Of a stretch of DNA of 64,000 nucleotides, positions 19,345 to 29,313 are shown piece by piece. Source of the stretch: an uncultured Candidatus Rokubacteria bacterium (GTDB lineage: Bacteria; Methylomirabilota; Methylomirabilia; Rokubacteriales; DASRDR01); assembly GCA_963805625.1 (NCBI GenBank), contig CAWDVE010000017.1, positions 480,001-544,000 on the forward strand, read 5' to 3'. The notes below the pieces were generated by a model. It searched no databases, was not told where the DNA came from, and saw nothing but the letters and a program-made list of their open reading frames with translations. The number at the start of each line of letters is the position of its first letter. Position 1 is the first letter of the stretch. The position numbers and the translations under genes were made by a program.

Positions 19345-20802
19345 ATGCCACGCAACGCCTGGAAGCGTCACGGGGTGAGGGACGAGCAGGGAACGATCCT
19401 CGTGGTGACCGTCGTCGCCATGCTGATCCTCGGCATCCTGGCGATCTCGTTCGCCGCCCTCGGGAACCTCGAGGTGCGCATCGGCATGAACGACGTCTGG
19501 GACAAGCAGGCGGGTCTCGTCGCCGAGGGCGGCATCTCAGCCGTACGGAACCAGATCCAGACTCCCCCGGACTACACCGCCTTCTTGGACGGGCGCGTCT
19601 ACAGCTGCACGACGTCGTCCTGCTCCTGTAGCACGGGGTGCGCGATCGCCGGCCTCGCCACGATGCCGACGGGCGAGTTCTCGGTGCGGATCGACAACGA
19701 CCCCGACGATCCGTCCGGCTCGACCACCGTGGACGGCAACAAGCGGGTCATCCTCACGGCGCTCGGGATCACGCGCGGCGCCACGGGCAACGTCATGGGT
19801 CGGAGCCGGATCCGGGCCTGGCTCACCAACGACGATCCGTGGGACCACGTCTGCGCGAGCGGCGAACCCAACCCACTCTGTACCGAACCGCCCAACAACC
19901 CGAACGCCAACATCAACCCGCCCGACCCCAACGACCCGAACGGACCCCGTGCGTATCCTGAGATCCCCCGGCCGAGCGACATCCGGTGCACCCCGTCCGT
20001 GGGCGGCGCCCTGGGGTTGGGGGCGGGTAGTCCGTATCCGGTGCCCGCCGGACTGAGCAATGCCCAGGTGCCGGCGGCTCCCCGGGGCCCGTGCGTGATG
20101 TACCCGTACTACGAGATCGCGCTCACGACCCCCTGCACCGCGTGTAACCCGCAGACGTCTGCGTACCATCCGATCGCGTGCCCCACCGGGGACGCGTGCC
20201 TCGGCATGGTGCGTTTCGACGCGGACCTGGACATCCGGAACGGGACCTCGAACACCAACCGGCTCGGGGTCACCGGCAACACGCTTTCGGGCACGCTCTA
20301 CGTCACAGGCAAGGTGCGGGCGCAATCCCAGATCGGCACGATCCTCGGCACCCTCATCCTGCACGGTGGGGGCGATCCCGGCACCGGCGGGTCCCAGACC
20401 GATTTCGCCCTGGCCGGACCCCACACGGTCACGACCCAGGGGCCGGCGTGCCTCCCGAACTGCGCCTACCCGTTCGCGGTTCTGGCGTACAACCCGAACG
20501 AGCCGGCCCCGCCCGGCCAGACGATCGTCCTCGACATCAGCAATTCGGGCGTGGTCATCACCGGGACGGTGTACACGGGCGGTACGGTGGACTTCGGACC
20601 GAACACCATCACCGGGTCGATCCTCGCGCAGGTCGTCCACGCCAACAACGCGGCGACGCAGTTCCAGTACTCGTCGGCCTACGAGAACTACCTGCCGCCG
20701 CCGGGGTTCACCACGCCCTCGGTGACCCTGCCCTCGGTGGTCGCCCGGGGGACGTGGATCCAGTGCCTTACGGCGGACAACCTCACCGATCCCTGTGACT
20801 GA
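19345..20802 (+). CDS. PilX/GspK-like minor pilin with long Cys/Pro-rich C-terminal extension
   Basis: EQG|TILVVTVVAMLILG lacks E5 (typical of PilX/GspK); AGLVAEGG motif; 485 aa. Confidence 0.8.
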   Translation: MPRNAWKRHGVRDEQGTILVVTVVAMLILGILAISFAALGNLEVRIGMNDVWDKQAGLVAEGGISAVRNQIQTPPDYTAFLDGRVYSCTTSSCSCSTGCAIAGLATMPTGEFSVRIDNDPDDPSGSTTVDGNKRVILTALGITRGATGNVMGRSRIRAWLTNDDPWDHVCASGEPNPLCTEPPNNPNANINPPDPNDPNGPRAYPEIPRPSDIRCTPSVGGALGLGAGSPYPVPAGLSNAQVPAAPRGPCVMYPYYEIALTTPCTACNPQTSAYHPIACPTGDACLGMVRFDADLDIRNGTSNTNRLGVTGNTLSGTLYVTGKVRAQSQIGTILGTLILHGGGDPGTGGSQTDFALAGPHTVTTQGPACLPNCAYPFAVLAYNPNEPAPPGQTIVLDISNSGVVITGTVYTGGTVDFGPNTITGSILAQVVHANNAATQFQYSSAYENYLPPPGFTTPSVTLPSVVARGTWIQCLTADNLTDPCD

Positions 20803-21313
20803 CCGGTCCCCCTGTCCGGCGGCATCGCGACCAGCGCGATCACCTCGTCGCTCTCGGGGGCAACCACGCCGTCACTGCGGGCTACAGCGGTGACACGAAC
20901 TTTCATGGTAGCAGTAGCGACAAGCAACATGAGCATCCCCCAGGTGGTCCAGTACATATTTGCCGGGTTCTACCCGCCGGTGGACAACGAGCCGACCCTC
21001 AACAAAGCCAATCCTGGCCAGGCCATCCCGCTCAAGTTGCGGCTCACCGACGCGAGCGGTGTCGGGTTCTCGAACCCGGCGAGCTTCGTCAACCTCAGCG
21101 CGGCGCCAGTGACTTGTGGCAATTGGGTGGTCAACCCTGACTCAGCCATCGAGGAGTATGCGGCAGGGAATTCCGGCTTGCAGTACCAAGGGAACGGCAA
21201 GTGGCAAATTCAACTGGAAGACGCCCAAGGAGTATGCCCAATGCTGGCTAATGCTGATGATGCTGAACCTCTCGGATGGATCCCAGCATTTCGCGGACTT
21301 CCAGTTCAGGTAG
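20803..21313 (+). pseudogene. 3' remnant of an Ig-like + PxKF surface protein (frameshifted)
   Basis: GNHAVTAGYSGDTNF (Ig group-3-like), then FAGFYPPVDN...PLKL...; extra A near 21207 shifts WQ|FNWKTP...DGSQH. Confidence 0.75.
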
Positions 21314-21326
21314 GAGGGCGTCGGGT

Positions 21327-21836
21327 ATGAGCGGTGAGATGAGCCCTGACGCCGCACCACCGCGGTGGGTGGTCGTGACGCGACCAGACCGGCCGGGTCT
21401 TCTGGATGAGCTCGCGTGGCGCTACCGGCACGCCCCGTGGGTGGAGGTGTTCGCCGACCGGCGCCGTGGGGAGCGGCGGCGGCGCCAGGAGCCGGGCGCG
21501 TCCGAACTCCGAATGGGCGAGCGACGCGGCGTGCCCGCTGACCGGACCTACACGCCTGCCTTCCGGCTCGTGCGCCAGGGCGACGGGTTCGACGTGTACG
21601 AGGCGAATGGCTACACGTCCGCACGATGTCCGGAATGCGGCGCGATGGCGGTGTTCGAGATGCCGCGCTCGGGCGAGCCGCCGGGGCGCCTCAATTTACA
21701 CGTCGTGCACGACCCCGTGCCCTTGGAGCTGCAGCACCGCGCGCGCCATATCGTGGAGCTGACCCTGTACACGTTCGGCGGCCGTCCGCTCCTGGCCTCC
21801 CGCATCTTCGCGCGGACGCGGGTCGACGTCACGTGA
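21327..21836 (+). CDS. Hypothetical protein with DRRxGERR and CPEC motifs (paralog of 7603-8118)
   Basis: AGGAGG RBS; colinear paralog in the window. Confidence 0.8.
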   Translation: MSGEMSPDAAPPRWVVVTRPDRPGLLDELAWRYRHAPWVEVFADRRRGERRRRQEPGASELRMGERRGVPADRTYTPAFRLVRQGDGFDVYEANGYTSARCPECGAMAVFEMPRSGEPPGRLNLHVVHDPVPLELQHRARHIVELTLYTFGGRPLLASRIFARTRVDVT

Positions 21837-22101
21837 TCGCCGCCCCCGGGGGCCCAAGGATTGGAAGGGAGTGGACCAAGTCGGTGCCCAGGATGCCGGT
21901 GACCTCTGGCCGCCGAGCCAGCTGATGGCGGACCTTGGTCAGCAGCTTCTGAGCGGTATGGGTCCACGGACCGGTTGAGCCCGTCTTACGAGGTCACGCT
22001 CAGTCCGGCCCCTACCGGAAGCGATCGATTTTCCTCTTGACACACCGTTCCAACCTTCATTTCCGGACCGCGGGGCAACTGCGGCTGCTACCGTGATCTC
22101 C

Positions 22102-22315
22102 ATGGGAAACGCCGACGGGCCACCAGGGGCAGGCGGGAGGTCGCCCTGGCTGCACGAGACGCTCTACGCGCGCCGCATCGTCCTCGTGACCGGCCGACTC
22201 GACGACGGCGTGGCGGCCCCGCGCCGCGGCCGCGCTCGTGAGCCTCGACGCGGCGGAAACGAGACGATCGAGGTCCATGTGGATAGCCCCGATGGCACGC
22301 TGGAGGCCGCCTCGG
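22102..22315 (+). pseudogene. ClpP-like peptidase 5' fragment
   Basis: LYARRIVLVTGRLDDGVAA...IEVHVDSPDGTLEAA, frameshifted and truncated. Confidence 0.55.
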
Positions 22316-22504
22316 AACGGGCAGTCCTTTGCAGTGCCAGCCGGGGTTCGGATGGAAGACCCCCGCCTCGCTCGCGTGGAAAACCTCGGCGATCCGCAGT
22401 TCGCCGAGGTCCTTCGTATTGTTGAATCGGTCGAGCCCACTCTGATGGATCTGATAGATGTCAGGGACGAGGAGAAGCTTCATGGGGGAACGATGCGTCC
22501 CCCG

Positions 22505-23139
22505 CCTGCGCGCCAGGACCACGAAGACGAACAGGACCTTGAACATCACGGTGGGGACGACGAAGAAGTCGACGGAGACGAGGGTCTGAAGGTGGTTCTC
22601 GAGAAAGGTTCGCCAGGTCTGCGATGGCGGCTTCCGATGGCGGACGACGTACTTGGACACTGTTGCCTGGGAAATCTCGATGCCCAGCTTCTGGAGCTCC
22701 CCGTGAATCCGCGGCGCGCCCCAGATGGGGTTCGCCGTGGACATCTGTCGGATGAGCGCTCGAACCTCCAGGGCGACGGCTGGGCGGCCTGGTCCGTTCC
22801 GGCGGCTCTTCCAGGTCCAGACGAGCTTGAAGCCGGTCCGCTGCCACCGGATCACCGTCGCGGGTTGGACGACGGAGATGGCATCCATCCAGCCGCTCCA
22901 CATACGGGACAGCAGGACCCACAACAGCCGGTCGGCCGTCCGCAGGCGTGGGCGCCGCGCGGTGCGCTGGAGGACGGCCAGTTGGTGCCGTAACGCGAGG
23001 TTCTCGAACACCAAGGAGCGCTGGGTCCTGACACCACGGAGGAGACCGATGAGGATGAGGGTGATCACGCCGGCCATCATCGATCAGGCCGGCTGACAGT
23101 TCAACGTTGACGAGGCGGATGGAGTAAATAGAAGGCACA
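22505..23139 (-). mobile_element. Truncated integrase-core (rve) IS with intact 5'-TGT end, inserted into a hicA copy
   Basis: ENLALRHQLAVL, NPIWGAPRIHGEL, SQTWRTFLENH and VDFFVV, breaking after VFVVLA; end TGTGCCTTCTATTTACTCCATCCGC at 23139. Confidence 0.78.
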
Positions 23140-23364
23140 GGCGGCCCGATCTCTCGGCCGCCGTGGATGGGGAGCGTCACGGCCCGGCCATCGAGGTGGT
23201 TCCACCGCTGGTGGCTGCCGGTCTGTCGACGCCTGACGAAGCCGAGCTGACTGGCCACCCGCTGGAACTCCCGCGCGGTGGCGCTAGGCATTCACGATTT
23301 CGGTCGTGTCCTCTGGCAACAGGGCGCCCCGCTCCTGATACTCCTCGGCGATCATGTCGAAGAC
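23140..23364 (-). pseudogene. Partial duplicate of the hicB 3' end and hicA 5' part
   Basis: Highly similar to 23796-24020; MPSATAREFQRVASQLGF...GSH is cut by the IS end. Confidence 0.85.
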
Positions 23365-23366
23365 AC

Positions 23367-23540
23367 GTCCTCACAACCGAGTTCCGCGAGGCCTTTGCCG
23401 CCCAGTGCCGAGCGCTCGGGTTCGACGGCACGGCCGTGTTCGTCCCGCACCCGGTCCAGAACCGGACGGCCGCCGAATTACACCGTATGGCGGAGGAGTC
23501 GGCGGCCGAGGTCGGCCACCAGATCACTTCTCTCACGTAG
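23367..23540 (+). pseudogene. UGSC-family (seleno)protein C-terminal fragment
   Basis: VLTTEFREAFAAQCRALG...VPHPVQNRTAAEL; family recalled from memory. Confidence 0.5.
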
Positions 23541-23731
23541 GGGACTATTCGGTTCGCCGTTCAGATCGGCTACTGGTCACGCCCGTCCAACTATCTGAGC
23601 CCGTCCGTCCGCTTAGATCGGCCGCTGCGCGGCCCGATCCCGGCGAGGACCTCGTAGGCCCCCTGTGTCGTCGCCGATCGCCAGACGTACTCGTCCCGCC
23701 CGGCGGGTTCTGCCTGCCGGGGAGGCGAACT

Positions 23732-23947
23732 CTATCGGAGGCGCTCGAACTCCTCCAGGGAGAGGCCGAGTTGACGGAGGATCTTGTGGAAGAGGGGCGG
23801 CCCGATCTCTCGGCCACCATGGAGGGGAATCGTCACGGCCCGGCCATCGGGGTGATTCCATCGCTCGTGGCTTCCGGTCTGTCGACGCCTTGCGAAGCCG
23901 AGCTGACTGGCCACCCGCTGGAACTCCCGCGCGGTGGCGCTAGGCAT
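23732..23947 (-). CDS. hicA: HicA mRNA interferase toxin
   Basis: LGF..RQTGSHERW.HPDGR.VTIP.H...I..QLG, 71 aa. Confidence 0.9.
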   Translation of the reverse strand: MPSATAREFQRVASQLGFARRRQTGSHERWNHPDGRAVTIPLHGGREIGPPLFHKILRQLGLSLEEFERLR

Positions 23948-24161
23948 TCACGATTTCGGTCGTGTCCTCTGGCAGCGGGGCGCCACGCCCCTGATACTCC
24001 TCGGCGATCATGTCGAAGACGTGCGCCAGCTCCGCCAAGGCCTCTTCCCGCGTGGCCATCAGGGCGTAACAGCCGGAGATGGCGGGCACCTCGGCTACCC
24101 ACGAGCCATCATCTTGGCGATAGAGCACGATCTTGTAAGCGTCGAGCCCTGGGTAGCTCAT
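23940..24161 (-). CDS. hicB: HicB antitoxin (short form), probably leaderless
   Basis: DDGSWVAEVPAISGC...TREEAL; extended -10 TGGTACTCT ends 6 nt before the ATG. Confidence 0.85.
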   Translation of the reverse strand: MSYPGLDAYKIVLYRQDDGSWVAEVPAISGCYALMATREEALAELAHVFDMIAEEYQGRGAPLPEDTTEIVNA

Positions 24162-24337
24162 GTCGAGAGAGTACCACGTCACAGACCCCTGGATCCTCGA
24201 GCGGTTCCGTCGGGTTGACGAATTGCCGCCTCAAGAGGCTGCGCCGGGAGACCACTGAAGTGAGTGTTCGGGCTGTGCGGACCGCTTCGACCACGCCCTG
24301 GAGCCGCTCGTGAGTCAAGGGGGCGACGTCGGCGAAC

Positions 24338-24466
24338 TGTCCGTGTTTTGTCCGTGAACGCCTGCCGACCGGCCCCAACCAGCCCCAAGCGGGTGCCCGC
24401 GTAGCGTCCATCTTATATGGAGTTGGTTGGTGGGACTTGGCACCCGTCGCGCCCGGCGTTGCCCTC
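24338..24466 (+). repeat. att-arm-like segment, copy 1 (homologous to 32910-33037)
   Basis: TGTCCGTG-N3-TGTCCGTG direct repeat, CCAACC runs and ...CCCGTCGC.CCCG.CGTTGC.CTC. Confidence 0.75.
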
Positions 24467-24625
24467 CGGCCTCCTGGCCCTCCAGGAGGCCGTTCAGTTT
24501 TGCCCGCCCGCGAATCTCCGCGCGTCGCTCATGCCCTGCCGAGAGTAGCGCCGTGAGGGTGAGTTCCCCGTCGAGGTGCTTGGCGGGTTCCACCTTCGCC
24601 CGCACCGGTTCCTGACGCAGGCAGA
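24467..24625 (-). pseudogene. Large serine recombinase 3'-end relic
   Basis: LRQEPVRAKVEPAKHLDGELTLTALLSAGHERRAEIRGRAKLNGLLEGQEA aligns with the recombinase tail EDPVRARTEIRKHFEGDLEL...RRVELRGR. Confidence 0.72.
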
Positions 24626-25537
24626 TCGTCGAGGCGCTCGAGCCGAGCGAGAATCCACGCCGGATGCACCCGTGACGGGGCTCAGCGGTCGAACGCCGCG
24701 AAGCTTGCTGAGCTCCCAACGCGCGTCGTCTGACGCTCGGCGGCGGTCTCGAGGTGGGTGTTAACCATCCGCGTCAGCGTCTCGATCATTGGCGGGTCAT
24801 GGCGGGCAGGTCCTCATCACCTCCCGCGTCGCCGCCGCCGTCGAGGAGGTCGGCGCGCTCGCCCTGCGGGGCCTCACGAGGCCCGTCGTCACGCTCAACG
24901 TCTCGGGCTGAAACGCCAGCCCTAATCCGTCTCGACGTCCACGGCGGCCGCGGGGCGGCCTGCGCCCGGCACCGCCAGGGGTCGATACGCGCCCGGTCCG
25001 CCAGCCCGAGCCTCGTCCGCGGTCGCCGCGTCCCGCGAATTGCCCGCACCGCGAGGCCGCGGCCACTTCCCGGCCCCCGGATTCGCGGGCAGCCGGTGCG
25101 TGAATGGCAGAAGCTCGGCTATCATCTGGACACTCCTTCGGACGATCCCGTACGAGTGCCCCGACAGAGAGTCGCGACGAGGCAGAGAATCGTGCCGCCC
25201 ACCGCCCCTCACGTGCAGGGTCTCGACGGGTTGCCGGGTGCGCTCCTCGCCGTACGCTGATTGTGACGTTCTATCAGATCCGGCCTGCGATGGTGCTCGT
25301 CGAGCGCGGAGGCCGGACGCGTCCGGCCTTCCGCGTCATGGCAGTCGGCGGAGCCAAGTACCGAGGTCCGGATCTCATGCTCCGGGAGGCTCGGGGGAAG
25401 CGTCGGTGATCTGGCCGGGCGTCGCGCTCACGTGCAGGCGACGCTGACGGACGGCACCCGCGCAGTCACTAGGAACGAGGCCCGGTACCGGGCCAGACTC
25501 GGGGAGCGGCGCAGCGCCGGAGGGAAACCAGGAAGCC

Positions 25538-27472
25538 ATGTGCGGGATTGCCGGGGTCGCGTGGGCGGATGGGCGCCGCCCCGGCGAAGCTACGCTGGTC
25601 GAGCCCATGGCCGCCGTCCTCCAACACCGGGGCCCCGACGGGAGCGGAGTCCACCTGGGCCCGGGCATCGGCCTGGCCGTCCGACGCCTGGCCATCATCG
25701 ACCTCGCCACCGGAGAGCAGCCGATCGCGAGCGAGGACGGCACGGTAGTGGTGGTCTGCAACGGTGAGATCTACAACCACGTGGAGCTCCGCGCCGAGCT
25801 CGCAGCCAGGGGGCACCGCTTCCGCTCGGCCTCGGACGTCGAGGTCATCGTCCACCTGTACGAGGACTTTGGGCTCGAGTGCGTCCGGCGCCTCCGCGGG
25901 ATGTTCGCCTTTGCGCTCTGGGACGCGGCGCGGCGGCGCCTCTGGCTGGTCCGCGACCGATTCGGGATCAAGCCCCTCCACTATGCCCTGACCGGGGAGG
26001 GGCTCTACTTCGGGTCTGAGCTCAAGGCCATCCTCGCCGCCGGCATCGAGCCGGGGGCGCTCGACGTTCGCGCCCTGGACGAGCTGTTCCGCCTGGGCTT
26101 CGTGCCCGACCCCCGGACGCTGTTCCGCGCCGTCCGCCGCCTCGGGGCTGGCCACTGGCTGCTCTACGAGGAGGGGCGGATCAAGGAGCAGACCTACTGG
26201 CGGTACCGCGATGCCGTCACGCCGGATCATGGCGGAAGCGAAGGCGCGTGGGCCGAGCGGTTGCGAGACAAGCTCGAGGAGACGGTGCGCCTCCACCTGC
26301 GTTCCGACGTGCCGGTAGGCGCCTGGCTGAGCGGCGGAATCGACTCGAGCGCCGTCGTGAGCCTGGCCCGGGGCATCGCCGGCCCGCTTCCCACGTTCAC
26401 ACTCACCTTCGATGAAGCGGCGTACAACGAGACACGGGGCGAGCGCACGCTGGATCGGGTGCCGGGTCACGAGCTTCCCAACGAGCGGATCGCGTGCGAC
26501 CGCCGGCTCCTCGAGCGCTACCCCGAGGCGCTCTGGCAGACCGAGACCCCGGCGGGAGGCGTGCTGGGGCTGCTCCGCTTGGTCCTGTCGGAAGCGGCGG
26601 CCCGGCGCGTGAAGGTCGTGCTCACGGGCGAGGGGGCGGACGAGGTGTTCGGCGGCTACCTGTGGTTCCTGATCGATCGGCTCACAAGCCCCCTCGCCGC
26701 GCTTCCGGCGCTTCTCCGGCGAGCGGTCCTGCTCGCGCCGCTCGGCGCAGCCCGGCGATCGTACGCCCGTCGTCTCCTGCTGGGGCCGCGGGCCATGGGC
26801 GTCGAGCGCTACGCTCGCCTGATCGGTCCCCTGGGCGGGGAGCGGCGACACACGGTCTTCTCGGCCGAGATGCGGGGTCAGCTGCGCGACAGCGCCGACG
26901 CCGATGGCGGCCCGGCCCCCGGGCAGCTGGCCGGGTACGGGCGCTTCGTCCATCTCCAAGAGCTCGATCTGGATCTCCGCCTTCCGGCCTACATCAATCT
27001 CACGCTGGACGCTGCGAGCATGGCGTACGGCCTCGAGGCGCGAGTCCCCTTCCTCGACCACGAGCTGGTCGAGCTGTGCGCGCGGATCCCGCCCTCGCTG
27101 AAGCTGCGCGGCCTGCGAGAGAAGCACATCCTGCGGCGCGCCCTCGCCGGTGCGCTGCCCGACGACATCCGCTGGCGACGAAAGCGCCCGCTGATGGCAC
27201 CCCTCGATGCCTGGCTCCGCGGTTCGCTTCCGTCCTTCGCGGAGGAGCTTCTGTCGCCGACACGGTTGCGGGCGACCGGTTACTTCGAGCCTGCCGCCGT
27301 CGAGCGTCTGGTTGCCGAGGTGCGGGCGGGCAGGGGTTTCGACGCCCGTATCCTGCTGATGGTGCTGGGCGTGGAGCTCTGGGACGCGCTTTTCCGCCGC
27401 CGCGTCGCCTCCCCGCAGCCGGTGACGGCCCGACCGTCCGCGCCCGGAGGCGCCGGCCCGGCGGGGCGCTGA
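25538..27472 (+). CDS. asnB: Asparagine synthase (glutamine-hydrolysing) family amidotransferase
   Basis: MCGIAG, HRGPD, NGEIYN, RDRFGIKPL, LSGGIDSS, TGEGADE and EARVPFLD. Confidence 0.92.
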   Translation: MCGIAGVAWADGRRPGEATLVEPMAAVLQHRGPDGSGVHLGPGIGLAVRRLAIIDLATGEQPIASEDGTVVVVCNGEIYNHVELRAELAARGHRFRSASDVEVIVHLYEDFGLECVRRLRGMFAFALWDAARRRLWLVRDRFGIKPLHYALTGEGLYFGSELKAILAAGIEPGALDVRALDELFRLGFVPDPRTLFRAVRRLGAGHWLLYEEGRIKEQTYWRYRDAVTPDHGGSEGAWAERLRDKLEETVRLHLRSDVPVGAWLSGGIDSSAVVSLARGIAGPLPTFTLTFDEAAYNETRGERTLDRVPGHELPNERIACDRRLLERYPEALWQTETPAGGVLGLLRLVLSEAAARRVKVVLTGEGADEVFGGYLWFLIDRLTSPLAALPALLRRAVLLAPLGAARRSYARRLLLGPRAMGVERYARLIGPLGGERRHTVFSAEMRGQLRDSADADGGPAPGQLAGYGRFVHLQELDLDLRLPAYINLTLDAASMAYGLEARVPFLDHELVELCARIPPSLKLRGLREKHILRRALAGALPDDIRWRRKRPLMAPLDAWLRGSLPSFAEELLSPTRLRATGYFEPAAVERLVAEVRAGRGFDARILLMVLGVELWDALFRRRVASPQPVTARPSAPGGAGPAGR

Positions 27473-27501
27473 GTGCCGGCGGGGCGGGCGCGCCCTGGAG
27501 G

Positions 27502-29055
27502 TCAGCGCTCCGTGGTGCTCAGGTGCAGGATCTTGCCGGCGCCGGTGACGACCGGCGGCCGACGCTCCACGCGCAGGAGGCGGGCCTGGCGCCACGCGAG
27601 TCCCATGACGCGCTCGGCGCCGGCGCCGTCGCTCACGGCCGCGAGGAAGGCTTCGGCCACGGCTTCGCCGGGCACGTCGCCGACGCGCGGGTGGACGAGC
27701 AGCCGCAGCACCGATCGGCCGTCGGGGCCCTCCTCCTCGACCAGCTGGTAGTCGGCGGGCCCGCCGCCGAAGCGGTCGGGCAGGAGCTCCTCGAGCACCC
27801 GCACCAGGTCGGAGTCGAGAAAGGTCATGCCGGCCGCGGTCAGCTTCTCCACGCTGCGGATCCCACGGAGGTGCGTGACCCAGTCCAGTCGCTCCATCGG
27901 GCAGCCGCAATCGCGGCGCCCGAGGATCGCACGGTCGCCGAGCGAGACGTTGAAGAGTACGAGCGGGGCCGTCATCCGGAGGGAGGAGACGAGCAGATCG
28001 GCGTCGGGGCGCTGGACGAGCAGGTGGAGGTCGTGGAGCAGATGGATCTCGTCGGGCGCCTCGGGCCGGAGGCAGCCATGGCCGATCGGCCCGCACTCGA
28101 TGCTGGAGTACCGCGGCCGGGCATCCACGCCGGCCCGCTGGATGGCTGCGAGGCGTGCCCGGGTGGTCGGCTCCCCTCCCATGGTCATCCGGGCGCCTTC
28201 GATGTCGACGCGCGCATCGAGAGCGGCCTGGCAGATTCGAACGGCCGAGGTCGGAAATGTCTGAAGGAACGGGATCTGCCCGGAGCGCAGCACGTCGGCC
28301 ATCCACCGGACGATGGGGAGCGGGTCCTCCAGGCTCACGAACTCGGGGGCGGGGAGCGGTCGACCGGCGAGACGGGCGCCCCACCGGAGGCCAGTCACGC
28401 TCCATCCGTAGCGGGCATCGAGCCCGGGCGTCCGCGGATCGATCTGAGAAAACCAGCGCACCACCGGGTCGCCGAAGGCGCTCAGGCGGAGGACCACGAC
28501 GGTCGCGGACGCCCCAGGCACGCCCCAGTACGCCTTCAGCCAATCTTCGCCGCCACGCGCGTCGAGCGCCAGACGAGTGTCGATGCCGCAGTCGCGCAGG
28601 TAGTCAAGGGCTACGAGGACGGGCGTCGGAGTGCCACGGCTCCCGCTGCTCCGTCCGGGCACGTCGCGGGCGCAGAAGGGATTCGTGAAGGTCCGAGGAT
28701 CCAGCATGACGCGGGTGCTGCCACGGACGACCGGGCGCCGGCCCTTGAACTCGTCCACGGTGAGGTAGACATCCCGGTCGGCCAGCGCGGCGAGCGCGCC
28801 TTCCGGACCATCCGCCCGGACGAGTCGCTCGAGATCTCCGTATTCGCACCCGGCCATGCGGAGCAGAGCGCGGTAGGGGCTTACGGCGTGGCCGTAGATC
28901 AACCGCCGGACGAGCGCGAGGAAGTCGGCCTCCCGGCGCTCGAGGCGATCGTGCAGCGTCGCCCGCGCCTCCTCGGCGGTGATGGGGCTCCGGAGAAACG
29001 CCGGGAGTCGACGCAGGAGACGAACGCCTGCCCGGATGTCCGCGACGTCCAGCAT
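27502..29055 (-). CDS. Phenylacetate-CoA-ligase-like adenylating protein (function unknown)
   Basis: SSGSRGTP loop, GGEP, YSSIECG, NVSLGD and terminal GAGKIL lysine. Confidence 0.65.
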   Translation of the reverse strand: MLDVADIRAGVRLLRRLPAFLRSPITAEEARATLHDRLERREADFLALVRRLIYGHAVSPYRALLRMAGCEYGDLERLVRADGPEGALAALADRDVYLTVDEFKGRRPVVRGSTRVMLDPRTFTNPFCARDVPGRSSGSRGTPTPVLVALDYLRDCGIDTRLALDARGGEDWLKAYWGVPGASATVVVLRLSAFGDPVVRWFSQIDPRTPGLDARYGWSVTGLRWGARLAGRPLPAPEFVSLEDPLPIVRWMADVLRSGQIPFLQTFPTSAVRICQAALDARVDIEGARMTMGGEPTTRARLAAIQRAGVDARPRYSSIECGPIGHGCLRPEAPDEIHLLHDLHLLVQRPDADLLVSSLRMTAPLVLFNVSLGDRAILGRRDCGCPMERLDWVTHLRGIRSVEKLTAAGMTFLDSDLVRVLEELLPDRFGGGPADYQLVEEEGPDGRSVLRLLVHPRVGDVPGEAVAEAFLAAVSDGAGAERVMGLAWRQARLLRVERRPPVVTGAGKILHLSTTER

Positions 29056-29313
29056 CAGCGGGCATCCTGACCGCGCGCTCGTGGCGCGGCGCCACGTGCT
29101 CCGAGCATGGGAAACTATCGCCAACCCGTAGGCATCCAGTCAATGAGGCCGTGGTTAACTCCCAGCGGTCGCTCGACCGGCCTCGACACACTCTGCCGGG
29201 GACGCGCTAGTGACCCCAAGAGGAGGGACCCAGACGCCGTATGGCCATCTCCCCGGTCCGATCCCCGTGTGACATGGGAACTCAGGCGCCGCATTCAACC
29301 CGGGCGGCGCGGG

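Noticed and set aside
7603-21836. Active invertible segment between the inverted paralogs
   Set aside because: The paralogs are substantially diverged, no short perfect inverted sites were seen, and only a 22-codon recombinase stub lies inside.
25538-27472. AsnB as a lasso peptide cyclase
   Set aside because: It retains the N-terminal Cys glutaminase domain, and no B1/B2 or precursor genes are adjacent.
25469-28543. Very long antisense or alternate-frame ORFs (e.g. 25469-28543, 26494-29070, 55434-57446, 60122-61984)
   Set aside because: Arg/Pro/Gly-rich shadows of real genes, as expected in high-GC DNA.
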